DNA from: Vicinamibacterales bacterium
GTDB taxonomy: Bacteria > Acidobacteriota > Vicinamibacteria > Vicinamibacterales > UBA8438
NCBI GenBank assembly: GCA_965207665.1
Contig: CBDBMV010000002.1
Coordinates: 1,945,704 to 2,009,703 of the forward strand
DNA length: 64,000 nt
Direction of reading: 5' to 3'
Numbering within the stretch: position 1 is the stretch's first letter; each line of letters opens with the position of its first letter. Of this stretch, positions 45,899 through 55,987 are shown piece after piece. The notes beneath the pieces were generated by a model. That model saw only the letters and a list, made by a program, of their open reading frames with translations, had not been told where the DNA came from and ran no database searches. Position numbers and translations under genes: made by a program.

Positions 45899-47848
45899 TC
45901 AGCTTCCCTCCGGCGTATACCAGATGGGCGAGCTCCAGGCCCGCTCCTTGATAACCGGCGGCACGTTGTCCGGCAACTCCGCACCGTTCTCCAGCGCGTG
46001 CCAGGTGGTCCAGCGGCAGGTGGGATTCTCGAGCACACGGAGGTAGTAGAACGCCCGCAGTGACGGATCGAACTCGGGATCGGTCCAGGAGGCGCTCAGC
46101 TCCGCCGCCGCGCCGCCGCCCGTCGTGCTGCAGTCGGCCAGGTTCACCTGGGCGCCGTTGTCCGCGCAGCGGCGCGTCTCGGGGTCCGGCGGCCGGCCGT
46201 CATCGCACGCCACGTCGTATACCTGCTCGGCGGCGCCGCCTTCCGGGTCGTCCCAGCCCTTGACGATCTGCAGCTTCTGCAGGTGGGCGCTGTTCGCGTC
46301 GCGGGTCGCCCAGACGACGAATTGCGGTGCGCCCGCGCCGCCCGCAGCCGCCGGCAGGTCGCCGCCCATCGGCACGCCGCTGCGGTAGCCCGCTTCGACC
46401 AGGTCCGGTCGCGTGTGGAGGTCGCCGGGCAGATCCCAGCCTCCGAAGAACCGGACCCGGATGCGCGGTCCGCTCGTCGCGAACGTCTCGCGCCGCCTGA
46501 GCGCGTCGAAGATGGAGTCGCGCGTGTTCTCTTCGGCCCAGACCGCCGCCAGGCCGCCCGGGTTGTTAATCGGCGTCCCGGGCGTCGTCGCGCCGATCTC
46601 GCCGAAGAAGTCGCCCTCCCAGGTCTCTTCGACCGCCGACCCAGGCATGCTCCGATGGTCGTCGGTGCTGCCGATGACGCCGTACTTGAACGGGTTGATC
46701 CCGTGCTCGGCCTCGACCTCCAGGCCGGTCTTGAGCGCGTTGCGGACCAGGTCGGAGGGGTCGTTGCAGAATACCGGGCGGCCCCCGGCGTCGGCCGGGG
46801 GCGCGTCCGGGTCGCACGGTTCGAATAGCTGCTCGAAGTTGCATTCCTCGTCGGAGGTGAGGAGTCCGGTCGCGCATTCCGAGTTGCCCTTGACCTGGTG
46901 GATCTCGATCAGCGGCTCGCGCCGCGCCCGCCGCTCTAGGATCTCCGCCGTGAACGGCGTGCCGTCGGAGTTGTTCGACGCCAGCACGGCGCCCAGGCCG
47001 TAGTTGGTGTTGTGCGGAATGGCGATCACGTCGCAGTCGCCGGTGCACGCCTCGTCCATCCACTCCCAGAGCCGTTCCGGGGAATGGCTCCAGCCGAGGG
47101 CCGCCCCGCCCCACGGCGGGATGTCCTCGCCGCGAAAGAAGACGTTGCGGTGCAGCCAACCGCCGCTGGCCGGGTGCACCGCGCTGTACTCGAACGCAGT
47201 GAACGTCGTGAACACTCCCGGTTCATAGTAGGCGTCGGCCATCTCCTGCACCATGGGCCACTGGTGCGCCGCGCGCCGGTCGCAGCGGTTGTCCGGACCG
47301 GGCTCGGCGCTGCCGCACAGATCCGGGTCGCGCTGGGACTGAAGCGACAAGCTGCGGATGCGGAAGAACGCCTGGATGCTGCCGGCCTCGAGTTCCCGGC
47401 ACATGGCGATGTCGCGCGCAGTTCCCTCGGGATCCTGGCAGAGCTGGACTTCGCCCAGCCAGTTGTCGTGATCGGTCACCGCCATGAAGTCGAGCGGCGC
47501 GGCGAGCTGGCCGCGCACATTCCCGTCCGCATCGAGAATCGGTTCGCCCCGGCCGTAGCGGTACGCCACCGAGGGGTCGTTCTGCATCGGATCGCCGAAC
47601 GTCCAGGCGTCGAGCGACCAACTGCTGTGCACGTGCAGATCGCCGAACCAGGCGTTGCGCAGCGGGTTGCGCTCCGGCGCCGCGTTGGCTCCGCCGGTTT
47701 CCGCCCCGCGGGGGTCGTCGTTCCGGACGCCTGGCGCTTCCGGCGCCGGCCCCGCGCAGGCGGCGGCCAGCAGCGCAAGGCAGACGGCCGCGGCCGCCGC
47801 GCTTGCTCCGAGTGGGGATTGTGCTGAGCGCGTGGTCACGTCCGCCAA
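45899..47848 (-). CDS. DUF3604/PHP-like lipoprotein, array copy 5 (subtype B)
   Basis: LALLAAAC lipobox. WFGDLHVHSSWSLDAWTFGDPMQNDPSVAYRYGRGEPILD, AIPHNTNYGLG, EIHQVKGNSEC, VIGSTDDHRSMPGS, ERAWSSPIWYTP. Confidence 0.75.
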   Translation of the reverse strand: MADVTTRSAQSPLGASAAAAAVCLALLAAACAGPAPEAPGVRNDDPRGAETGGANAAPERNPLRNAWFGDLHVHSSWSLDAWTFGDPMQNDPSVAYRYGRGEPILDADGNVRGQLAAPLDFMAVTDHDNWLGEVQLCQDPEGTARDIAMCRELEAGSIQAFFRIRSLSLQSQRDPDLCGSAEPGPDNRCDRRAAHQWPMVQEMADAYYEPGVFTTFTAFEYSAVHPASGGWLHRNVFFRGEDIPPWGGAALGWSHSPERLWEWMDEACTGDCDVIAIPHNTNYGLGAVLASNNSDGTPFTAEILERRARREPLIEIHQVKGNSECATGLLTSDEECNFEQLFEPCDPDAPPADAGGRPVFCNDPSDLVRNALKTGLEVEAEHGINPFKYGVIGSTDDHRSMPGSAVEETWEGDFFGEIGATTPGTPINNPGGLAAVWAEENTRDSIFDALRRRETFATSGPRIRVRFFGGWDLPGDLHTRPDLVEAGYRSGVPMGGDLPAAAGGAGAPQFVVWATRDANSAHLQKLQIVKGWDDPEGGAAEQVYDVACDDGRPPDPETRRCADNGAQVNLADCSTTGGGAAAELSASWTDPEFDPSLRAFYYLRVLENPTCRWTTWHALENGAELPDNVPPVIKERAWSSPIWYTPEGS

Positions 47849-47855
47849 GACCGGG

Positions 47856-48863
47856 TTAGCCGAATATCACCGCGCAGCGCTGCAGGAACCAGAACGACGC
47901 CAGCGAGCCGATTGTATATGCCGGGATCGACTGCATCCACGGGCGGGGGTGGACTTCGAGCGTCCGCAACGCGCCGAACAGCGCCAGCGCGGCCGTGATG
48001 AAGGCGATCTGGCCCACCTCGACACCCACGTTGAACGAGAGCAGCGCCAGCGGAATGTCGCCCGCCGGGATGCCGATCTGCGACAGCGTGCCGGCGAAGC
48101 CGAAGCCGTGCAGCAGGCCGAAGGCGAACGCCACCACCCACGGCCGGCGGTAGGTCAGGCTTGGCGCCCCCCGGTCGCGCTGCGTGATCTCGACCGCCAG
48201 GAACACGATGCTCAGGGCGACCAGCGCCTCGACCGGCGCGGGCGGCACGCGCACGAAGCCCAGCGTGGCCAGGCCGAGCGTGATGCTGTGCGCCACGGTG
48301 AACGCCGTGATGGCTTTGAGCAGGCGCCGGAACCCGGCCACGATCCACAGCACGCCGAAGACGAACAGCAGGTGGTCGATGCCCGAGAGGATATGGTCGA
48401 CGCCCAGCCGGAAATAGCCCCAGCCGTCCACGCGCCGGTTCGCCTGCTCACCCACGACGAACGACGGCTCCTGCGGCCGCAGGATCTGCGTGACGCTGTT
48501 GCCGTCGGCGAACTGGATGCGCACAAGCGCGTCCATGATCGTTACGCGCAAGCCGTCGATTCCTATCGTCTGGCCGGCCAGGCCGGTCTCGCCGCAGGCG
48601 ACGACCCCGTTCGTAACGACTGAGCCCGGCAACTCCACCTCCGTCGGGATGTCGGGCACCGTGCAGTGCGCCGGCAGGACGGGAACGATGGCGGGGGGCG
48701 GGCCTTCGACGGCGGGGATCCGCCAGATGACCGCGAACGTGCCCGGGGCCAGCTCGTTCAGGCCGAGGTAGGCCGGCAGGCTGGTGTGCGCCTGTGCCGG
48801 AGCCGCGGGCAGCGCCAACAGCAATCCGACGCTCACGGCGAACGGCCGCGCGGCCCGCCGCAT
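47856..48863 (-). CDS. HupE/UreJ-family (HupE_UreJ_2-like) membrane protein with an N-terminal periplasmic domain; putative metal permease
   Basis: Signal peptide ...LALPAAPAQAH. Roughly 150-aa extracytoplasmic part, then TM helices with GVDHILSGIDHLLFVFGVL, FTVAHSITLGL, FGLLHGFGFAG. Start ATG 48863 (alternative 48896). Confidence 0.7.
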   Translation of the reverse strand: MRRAARPFAVSVGLLLALPAAPAQAHTSLPAYLGLNELAPGTFAVIWRIPAVEGPPPAIVPVLPAHCTVPDIPTEVELPGSVVTNGVVACGETGLAGQTIGIDGLRVTIMDALVRIQFADGNSVTQILRPQEPSFVVGEQANRRVDGWGYFRLGVDHILSGIDHLLFVFGVLWIVAGFRRLLKAITAFTVAHSITLGLATLGFVRVPPAPVEALVALSIVFLAVEITQRDRGAPSLTYRRPWVVAFAFGLLHGFGFAGTLSQIGIPAGDIPLALLSFNVGVEVGQIAFITAALALFGALRTLEVHPRPWMQSIPAYTIGSLASFWFLQRCAVIFG

Positions 48864-48879
48864 GCGGCGCGTCAAGCCG

Positions 48880-49755
48880 TCAGTTTCCCGCCGCATCGCC
48901 AGCCAGCGCGTCGGCGTCGACGACGATCTCGAACCGCCGGCGCAGCCCCTCGTAGTACGCGTCGGCCGCCGAGCGCAGCCGCTCCCCGCTGAGATCCCGC
49001 GCGAGCTGGCTGCGCACCTCGCCGAGCGCCGGCAGGCGCGACGGCACCCGCTGGCGGATGCGGACGACGTGCATGCCGTAGCTGGAGGGCACCGGGCCGC
49101 TCCACGCGTCCACCGGCAGCTCGAACAGCCGCCCGGCGAAGCGCGGGCCGAACAGGTCCCGGATCTGGTCGCGCGACTGTGGCGGGTACTCGTACTGCAA
49201 CATGAACCTGTCGCCCAACTGCGCCGCATCGGCGGTTGCGACCTCGCCCGAGGTCAGTTGCGCCAGCGCATCGCGGGCCGCGGCCTCGGCTCCCGCGCCC
49301 CGATTGCTGCCGCTGAAGTACACGTGGGAGAAGCTGACCTGGTCGGGAATGCGGTAGCGCTCCGCGTTCTCGTCGAAGAACGCCTGCAGCTCGGCATCGG
49401 ACGGCTCGACCGTCGAGGCGACGCTCTGCGCCAGGAACTCGACCTTCTGCGCCAGCCGGCGGCGGACGATGGTGTCGCCCTGATCGAGGCCCGACGCGAT
49501 TGCCTCGCGGTACAGCACCTCCTCGCGGATGAAGTCTTCGATCAGGCTGTCGAGCTCGCGCTGGGTAGGCGGCGCGCCCCGTTGCCGCGTCCACGTCTCG
49601 CGCAGTTGCTGGATGCGGTCCGCCGTAACTTCGATGCGGTTGCTGTTGTCGCCCATACCGAACGACTGGCCGAACAGGGCGCTAAGGCCGAACAGCACGC
49701 CGCCCGCCAGCAGGAAATGAACGAGCGGCTCTCGCAGCAGGCGGCGGAAATCCAT
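48880..49755 (-). CDS. Membrane-anchored parvulin-type peptidyl-prolyl cis-trans isomerase (PpiD/SurA-like)
   Basis: N-terminal TM helix LVHFLLAGGVLFGLSALFG. C-terminal rotamase-like block FSHVYF...FGPRFAGRLFELPVDAWSGPVPSSYGMHVVRI. Confidence 0.65.
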   Translation of the reverse strand: MDFRRLLREPLVHFLLAGGVLFGLSALFGQSFGMGDNSNRIEVTADRIQQLRETWTRQRGAPPTQRELDSLIEDFIREEVLYREAIASGLDQGDTIVRRRLAQKVEFLAQSVASTVEPSDAELQAFFDENAERYRIPDQVSFSHVYFSGSNRGAGAEAAARDALAQLTSGEVATADAAQLGDRFMLQYEYPPQSRDQIRDLFGPRFAGRLFELPVDAWSGPVPSSYGMHVVRIRQRVPSRLPALGEVRSQLARDLSGERLRSAADAYYEGLRRRFEIVVDADALAGDAAGN

Positions 49756-49758
49756 GCG

Positions 49759-51708
49759 CTACGGGGCGGCGGGCGTGTACCAGATGGGCGAGCTCCATGC
49801 CCGCTCCTTCACCGTCGACGGGTCGGAGGGCGGCGGCGCCACGCCGCGCGCCAGCGCCCGGTGCGTCGTCCAGCGGCAGGTCGGGTTCTCGAGCACCCGG
49901 ACATAGTAGAACGCCCGCAGCGCCGGATCGAAGTCCGGGTCCGTCCAGGTGGTGCTCAGCTCGGCCGCGCCCAGCTCGGTGGAGTAGCTGCAGTCGGACA
50001 GGTTCACCGTGGCGCCGTTGTCCGTGCAGCGGTGCGTGCCCGGGTCGGGCTGCAGCCCGTCCGGGCAGGCGACGTCGTACACCTGCTCGGCGGTCTGCCC
50101 GTCGGGTTCGGCCCAGCCTTTCACGACCTGGACCTTCTGCAGGTTCGCGCTATAGGGGTCCTTCATGGCCCAGACCACGAACCGGGGGCCGTCGCCGGCG
50201 TCCCCGCCGGGTGGCACCGGCAGGTCACCGCCCATGGGTACGCCGCCGGCGTACGCCGCCTCGATCATGTCGCGCCGGGTGTCGAGGTCGGCGGGATAGT
50301 CCCAACCGGCGAAGAAGCGCACGTGGATGCGCGTGCCGCTGTTGCCGAACGTCTCGCGGCGGCGCAGGGCGTCGAAGATGGAATCGCGCGTGTTGGCCTC
50401 GGCCCACACGCCGACCAGGCCGCCGGGATTGCTGATGTTCCCGCCGTCGGCCTTTTCGTCCCAGCCGAGGTCCCGGCCTATCAGCGGGAGGCCGCCGCCG
50501 GTACTGAACTTGACCGCCTTCTCGACGAACTCGTCCTCGTCCGTCGCGCCCGGCAGGCTCTGGTGATCGTCCGGGCTGGCGATGAAACCGAACTTGAACG
50601 GATTGACGCCGAAGTCGGCCTCCAGACGCAGGCCGGTCTTGAGCGCGTTGCGGACGTAGTCGGGCGCATGGGCGCAACCGCTGCGCTGGCCCGGCTCGCA
50701 GACGGGGTAGTAGTTCTCGAAGTTGCAGTCCTCGTCCGTGGTGCCCAGACCGCGGTAGCACTCGGAGTTGCCCTTGATCTGGTGAATCTCCACCAGCGGC
50801 TCGGCCCAGGCGCGCAGGCGGAGCATCTCCGTGGTGAACGGCGTCCAGCCGAACTCGTCGAACGCCAGCCCGCCGCTCAGGTTCGGGTTATGAGGAATGG
50901 CGACCACCTGGCAGTCGCCGGTGCAGGCCACCTCCAGCCATTCCCAGAGCCGCTCCGGGCGGTTCTCCATCTCGACGGCCCCGCCGCCCCACTCCGGCAC
51001 CGCGTCGCCGCGGAAGATGACGTTGCGGTGCAGGTGGCCGTAGCGCGCGGGAGTGGCCGTCCACTCGTAGGCCGGGAAGGTCGTGAACACGCCCGGCTCA
51101 TAGAACGCGTCGGCGTTGCGCTGGATGTCCTGCCACAGGTGCCGCGCCCGCTCGTAGCACTTGTTGTCGGCAGTCATCGTGGCCTCGAGCTGTCCGCAGA
51201 TGTCGGGCGAACGCCGCCCGCGGCCCTCGAAGGCGCCGGTGCCGAACCAGTCGTTGGCGCGGAGCTGCTCGCACGTGGGCGTGGCGTAGGCGGCGTCGCT
51301 CTCGTCGTTGCAGAGGTGCACCTTGCCGAGCCAGGTGTCGTGGTCGGTGACCGCCATGAAGTCGAGCGGCACGCGCAGGCGATGCACCGTGCCGTCTGCC
51401 TTGGTCACCTCCTCGCCGCGCCCGAAGCGGTACGCCAGCGAGGGGTCGTCGCGATTGCCGCCCAGCACGTACGAGTCCAGCGACCAACTGCTGTGCACGT
51501 GGAAGTCGCCGAAGTACGCGTTGCGCAGCGGGTTGCGCTCCGGCTCCGCGCCGCCGCCCGCCGGCGCTGCCGTCTCGGCAGCCGGTGAGTCCTCAGGCTC
51601 CGGCGCGGGTCCGGCGCAGGCGACCGCCAGCAGGCCGATCCCGATCAGCGGCAGCCAGCCGGGCGCCGGCCGTATTCTGCCCTTGCGATGAGATCGGCAT
51701 TTCAGCAC
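49759..51708 (-). CDS. DUF3604/PHP-like lipoprotein, array copy 6 (subtype A)
   Basis: LIGIGLLAVAC lipobox. YFGDFHVHSSWSLDSY, DFMAVTDH, AIPHNPNLSGG, EIHQIKGNSEC, IASPDDHQS, ERAWSSPIWYTP. Its stop lies 3 nt before the PPIase start. Confidence 0.75.
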   Translation of the reverse strand: MLKCRSHRKGRIRPAPGWLPLIGIGLLAVACAGPAPEPEDSPAAETAAPAGGGAEPERNPLRNAYFGDFHVHSSWSLDSYVLGGNRDDPSLAYRFGRGEEVTKADGTVHRLRVPLDFMAVTDHDTWLGKVHLCNDESDAAYATPTCEQLRANDWFGTGAFEGRGRRSPDICGQLEATMTADNKCYERARHLWQDIQRNADAFYEPGVFTTFPAYEWTATPARYGHLHRNVIFRGDAVPEWGGGAVEMENRPERLWEWLEVACTGDCQVVAIPHNPNLSGGLAFDEFGWTPFTTEMLRLRAWAEPLVEIHQIKGNSECYRGLGTTDEDCNFENYYPVCEPGQRSGCAHAPDYVRNALKTGLRLEADFGVNPFKFGFIASPDDHQSLPGATDEDEFVEKAVKFSTGGGLPLIGRDLGWDEKADGGNISNPGGLVGVWAEANTRDSIFDALRRRETFGNSGTRIHVRFFAGWDYPADLDTRRDMIEAAYAGGVPMGGDLPVPPGGDAGDGPRFVVWAMKDPYSANLQKVQVVKGWAEPDGQTAEQVYDVACPDGLQPDPGTHRCTDNGATVNLSDCSYSTELGAAELSTTWTDPDFDPALRAFYYVRVLENPTCRWTTHRALARGVAPPPSDPSTVKERAWSSPIWYTPAAP

Positions 51709-51720
51709 GGCTGGGCCTCC

Positions 51721-53670
51721 TCAGCTTCCCGCAGGCGTGTACCAGATAGGCGAGCTCCAGGCGCGTTCCTTGACCGTCGGCGGGTCGGACGGGGGCGGCG
51801 CCACGCCGCGCGCCAGCGCCCGGTGCGTCGTCCAGCGGCAGGTCGGGTTCTCCAGCACGCGCACATAGTAGAACGCCCGTAGCGCCGGGTCGAAGTCCGG
51901 GTCGGTCCAGGTGGTGCTCAGCTCGGCCGTCCCGAGGTCGGTCGAATAGCTGCAGTCGGACAGGTCCACCCGCGCACCGTTGTCCGCGCAGCGCCGGGTC
52001 TCCGGGTTTGGCTGCAGCCCGTCGGCGCAGGCGACATCGTACACCTGCTCGGCGGCCTGCCCGTCGGCTGCGGCCCAGCCCTTGACGATCTGGACCTTCT
52101 GCAGGTTCGCGCTGTTGGGATCCTTCATGGCCCAGACGACGAAGCGCGGACCCTCGCCCGCGTCGCCGCCGGGCGGTTCCGGCAGGTCGGAGCCCATCGG
52201 CACGCCGCTGGCGTAGGCCGCCTCGACCATGTCGCGCCGGGTATCGAGGTCGGCGGGATAGTCCCAGCCGGCAAAGAAGCGGACATGGATCCGCGTGCCG
52301 CTGTTGCCGAAGGTCTCGCGGCGGCGCAGCGCGTCGAAGATCGCGTTGCGCGTGTTGGCTTCCGCCCACACCCCGACCAGGCCGCCGGGGTTGCTGATGT
52401 TGCCGCCGTCTTCCTTCTCGTCCCAGCCGAGGGGTCGGCCTATGGCGGCGAGGCCGCCGCCGTTGCTGAACTTCACCGGCTTGTCGGTGAAGTCGTCCTC
52501 ATCGGCCATTCCCGGCAGGCTCTGGTGGTCGTCCGGACTGGCGATGAATCCGAACTTGAACGGATTGACGCCGAAGTCGGCTTCCAGCAGCAGGCCGTTC
52601 TTCAACGCGTTGCGGACGAAGTCGGGCGCGTTCGCGCAGCCGCTGCGCTGACCCGGCTCGCAGACGGGGTAGTAGTTCTCGAAGTTGCACTCCTCGTCCG
52701 TCGTTCCCAGGCCGCGGTAGCACTCGGAGTTGCCCTTGATCTGGTGAATCTCCACCAGCGGCTCGGCCCAGGCGCGCAGCCGGAGCATCTCCGTCGTGTA
52801 CGGCGTCCAGCCGAACTCGTCGAACGCCAGCCCGCCGCTCAGGTTCGGGTTGTGCGGGATGGCGACCACCTGGCAGTCGCCGGTGCAGGCCGCTTCCAGC
52901 CACTCCCACAGCCGCTCGGGACGGTTCTGCATCTCGACGGCCCCGCCGCCCCACTCCGGCACCGCGTCGCCGCGAAAGATGACGTTGCGGTGCAGGTGGC
53001 CGTAGCCGCGCGGCTGGGCCGTCCACTCGTAGGCCGGGAAGGTGGTGAACACGCCGGGCTCGTTGAACGCTTCGGCATTGCGCTGGACCTCGCCCCACAG
53101 GTGCCGCGCCCGCTCGTAGCACTTGTTGTCCGCGGTCATCGTGGCTTCGGCCTGCCCGCAGATGTCCGGCGGCCGGTTGCCCCGGCCCTCGAACGCCCCG
53201 GTGCCGAACCACGCGTTGGCGCGGATCTGCTCGCACGTGGGCGTGTCGTACGCGGCGTCGCTTTCGTCGTTGCAGAGGTGCACCTGGCCAAGCCAGGTGT
53301 CGTGGTCGGTGACCGCCATGAAGTCCAGGGGCACCCGCAGGCGGTGCACGGTGCCGTCCGCCTTGGTCACCTCCTCGCCGCGCCCGAAGCGGTAGGCCAG
53401 CGACGGGTCGTCGCGGTTGCCGCCCAGCGAGTAGGCGTCCAGCGACCAACTGCTGTGCACGTGGAAGTCGCCGAAGTACGCGCTGCGCAGCGGGTTGCGT
53501 TCCGGGTCCGCGCCGCCGCCCGCCGGCGCTGCCGTCTCGGCAGCCGTTGAGTCCTCAGGCTCCGGCGCGGGTGCGGCGCATGACGCCGCCAGCACCACGA
53601 TCCCGATCAGGGCCGGCCAGTAGGTAGCCGGCCGCGCACGTCGCGTCCATCGTGACCGGCGTCTTGACAT
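51721..53670 (-). CDS. DUF3604/PHP-like lipoprotein, array copy 7 (subtype A)
   Basis: Internal ATG 53670 gives MSRRRSRWTRRARPATYWPALIGIVVLAASC (lipobox). The same catalytic blocks follow. The 888-aa track ORF extension overlaps copy 8 out of frame and was rejected. Confidence 0.7.
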   Translation of the reverse strand: MSRRRSRWTRRARPATYWPALIGIVVLAASCAAPAPEPEDSTAAETAAPAGGGADPERNPLRSAYFGDFHVHSSWSLDAYSLGGNRDDPSLAYRFGRGEEVTKADGTVHRLRVPLDFMAVTDHDTWLGQVHLCNDESDAAYDTPTCEQIRANAWFGTGAFEGRGNRPPDICGQAEATMTADNKCYERARHLWGEVQRNAEAFNEPGVFTTFPAYEWTAQPRGYGHLHRNVIFRGDAVPEWGGGAVEMQNRPERLWEWLEAACTGDCQVVAIPHNPNLSGGLAFDEFGWTPYTTEMLRLRAWAEPLVEIHQIKGNSECYRGLGTTDEECNFENYYPVCEPGQRSGCANAPDFVRNALKNGLLLEADFGVNPFKFGFIASPDDHQSLPGMADEDDFTDKPVKFSNGGGLAAIGRPLGWDEKEDGGNISNPGGLVGVWAEANTRNAIFDALRRRETFGNSGTRIHVRFFAGWDYPADLDTRRDMVEAAYASGVPMGSDLPEPPGGDAGEGPRFVVWAMKDPNSANLQKVQIVKGWAAADGQAAEQVYDVACADGLQPNPETRRCADNGARVDLSDCSYSTDLGTAELSTTWTDPDFDPALRAFYYVRVLENPTCRWTTHRALARGVAPPPSDPPTVKERAWSSPIWYTPAGS

Positions 53671-53681
53671 GCCGCGCCTCC

Positions 53682-55607
53682 TCAGTTTTCCTCCGGCGTA
53701 TACCAGATGGGCGAGCTCCAGGCCCGCTCCTTCACCGTCGGCGGGTCGGACGGCGGCGGCGCTACGCCGCGCGCCAGCGCCCGGTGGGTTGTCCAGCGGC
53801 AGGTCGGGTTCTCCAGCACCCGGACATAGTAGAACGCCCGCAGCGCCGGGTCGAAATCGGGGTCGGTCCAGGTGGTGCTCAGCTCGGGCGCGCCCAGGCC
53901 CATCGAGTAGCTGCAGTCGGACAGGTCGACGCGGGCGCCGTTGTCCGCGCAGCGGTGCGTCAGCGGGTCGGGCTCCAGGCCGTCGGCGCAGGCGACGTCG
54001 TACACCTGCTCTGCGGTCTGCCCGTCGGCCTCGGCCCAGCCCTTCACGACCTGGATCTTCTGCAGGTTCGCGCTGTAGGGATCCTTCATCGCCCAGACGA
54101 CGAAGCGGGGGCCGCTGCCCGGGTCGCCCGCGGGCAGGATCGGCAAATCGCTGCCCATGGGCACGCCGCCGGCGTACGCCGCCTCGACCATGTCGCGGCG
54201 GGTGTCTAGGTCGGCGGGGTAGTCCCAGCCGGCGAAGAAACGCACGTGGATGCGTGTGCCGCTGTTGCCGAACGTCTCGCGGCGGCGCAGGGCGTCGAAG
54301 ATGGAATCGCGCGTGTTGGCTTCGGCCCACACGCCGACCAGGCCGCCGGGATTGCTGCGGTTGCCGCCGTCGGCCCGCTCGTCCCATCCGAGGGGCAGGC
54401 CTATCACGTCGAGGCCGCCGCCATTGCTGAACTTCACCGGCTTGTCGGTGAAGTCGTCCTCGTCAACCATTCCCGGCAGGCTCTGGTGGTCGTCCGGACT
54501 GGCGATGAAGCCGAACTTGAAAGGATTGACGCCGAAGTCGGCCTCCAGCCGCAGGCCGGTCTTGAGCGCGTTACGGACGTAGTCCGGCGCGTGCGCGCAG
54601 AGTCTGCGTTGCCCAGGCTCGCAGGCCGGGTAGTAGTGCTCGAAGTTGCACTCCTCGTCCGTGGTTCCCAGGCCGCGGTGGCACTCCGAGTTGCCCTTGA
54701 TCTGGTGGATCTCCACCAGCGGCTCGGCCCAGGCGCGCAGACGGAGCATCTCGGTCGTGTACGGCGTCCAGCCGAACTCGTCGAACGCAAGCCCGCCGCT
54801 CATGTTCGGGTTGTGCGGGATGGCGACCACCTCGCAGTCGCCCGTGCAGGCCGCCTCCAGCCACTCCCACAGTCGCTCGGGCCGGTTCTGCATATCGACG
54901 GCCGAGCCGCCCCACTCAGGCACCGCGTCGCCGCGGAAGATGATGTTGCGATGCAATTTGCCGTAGCCGTTCGGTTGGACGGTCCACTCGTAGGCCGGGA
55001 AGGTGGTGAACACGCCGGGCTCGTTGAACGCTTCGGCGTTGCGCTGGACCTCGCCCCACAGGTGCCGCGCCCGCTGATAGCACTTGTTGTCGGCGGTCAT
55101 CGCGGCTTCGGCCTTCCCGCAGATGTCCGGGGGGCGCCGGCCCCGGCCCCAGTGGCTCGCGTAGTCGAACCAGGCGCTGGCGCGGATCTGCTCGCAGGTG
55201 GGCGTGGCGTAGGCGGCGTCGCTCTCGTCGTTGCAGAGGTGGACGGTGCCGAGCCAGATGTCGTGGTCGGTGACCGCCATGAAGTCCAGGGGCACCCGCA
55301 GGCGGTGCACGGTGCCGTCCGCCTTCGTCACCTCCTCGCCGCGCCCGAAGCGGTACGCCAGCGAGGGGTCGTCGCGGTTGCCGCCCAGCGAGTAGGCGTC
55401 CAGCGACCAACTGCTGTGCACGTGGAAGTCGCCGAAGTACGCGTTGCGCAGCGGATTGCGCTCCGGCTCCGCGCTGGCGCTCGCCACCTCGGCTTGGGCC
55501 GTCTCCTCATCCCGCACGTCAGGTGCATCCGGCACGGTTCCACCGCAGGCGCCCGCGAGCAGGCCGCTCGCGGTCAGGACCAGACGCACGACAGCGGGTG
55601 CAACCAT
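53682..55607 (-). CDS. DUF3604/PHP-like lipoprotein, array copy 8 (subtype A)
   Basis: SGLLAGAC lipobox. YFGDFHVHSSWSLDAY, DFMAVTDH, AIPHNPNMSGG, EIHQIKGNSEC, IASPDDHQS, ERAWSSPIWYTP. Confidence 0.75.
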   Translation of the reverse strand: MVAPAVVRLVLTASGLLAGACGGTVPDAPDVRDEETAQAEVASASAEPERNPLRNAYFGDFHVHSSWSLDAYSLGGNRDDPSLAYRFGRGEEVTKADGTVHRLRVPLDFMAVTDHDIWLGTVHLCNDESDAAYATPTCEQIRASAWFDYASHWGRGRRPPDICGKAEAAMTADNKCYQRARHLWGEVQRNAEAFNEPGVFTTFPAYEWTVQPNGYGKLHRNIIFRGDAVPEWGGSAVDMQNRPERLWEWLEAACTGDCEVVAIPHNPNMSGGLAFDEFGWTPYTTEMLRLRAWAEPLVEIHQIKGNSECHRGLGTTDEECNFEHYYPACEPGQRRLCAHAPDYVRNALKTGLRLEADFGVNPFKFGFIASPDDHQSLPGMVDEDDFTDKPVKFSNGGGLDVIGLPLGWDERADGGNRSNPGGLVGVWAEANTRDSIFDALRRRETFGNSGTRIHVRFFAGWDYPADLDTRRDMVEAAYAGGVPMGSDLPILPAGDPGSGPRFVVWAMKDPYSANLQKIQVVKGWAEADGQTAEQVYDVACADGLEPDPLTHRCADNGARVDLSDCSYSMGLGAPELSTTWTDPDFDPALRAFYYVRVLENPTCRWTTHRALARGVAPPPSDPPTVKERAWSSPIWYTPEEN

Positions 55608-55641
55608 CTGCGCCGTTTTTCCTTTCTCGATACCGCGATCG

Positions 55642-55965
55642 CTATCCCGGGTGCGCCGAGACGTACGTTTCCACCGTCGGCAGCGTGCTGATGGCAGCGC
55701 CCGCCTTTTCTTCGGCCAGACGCAGCTCGTAGAGCTTCTGCAGGTTCAACCAGAACTGCGGGCTGGTGCCGAAGAAGTGGGCCAGACGCAACGCCGTGTC
55801 GCCGGTGATGCGGCGCTGCCCGTTGAGGATCGCGGTGATGCGGTTGGTCGGCACCTCGATATGCCGACCCAACGCAGCGGCGCTCATGCCGATCTCTCGC
55901 AGTTCCTCGGCAAGATGCTCTCCCGGATGTATCGCTGCAATACCCAAAATAAATGTCCTCCTCAC
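55642..55965 (-). CDS. higA: HigA-family antitoxin (XRE-type HTH, addiction-module antidote protein)
   Basis: IHPGEHLAEELREIGMSAAALGRHIEVPTNRITAILNGQRRITGDTALRLAHFFGTSPQFWLNLQKLYEL is a near-textbook HigA sequence. It lies 22 nt downstream of higB. Confidence 0.9.
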   Translation of the reverse strand: MRRTFILGIAAIHPGEHLAEELREIGMSAAALGRHIEVPTNRITAILNGQRRITGDTALRLAHFFGTSPQFWLNLQKLYELRLAEEKAGAAISTLPTVETYVSAHPG

Positions 55966-55987
55966 GCGCTGCCCTGGCGCGTCGTGA

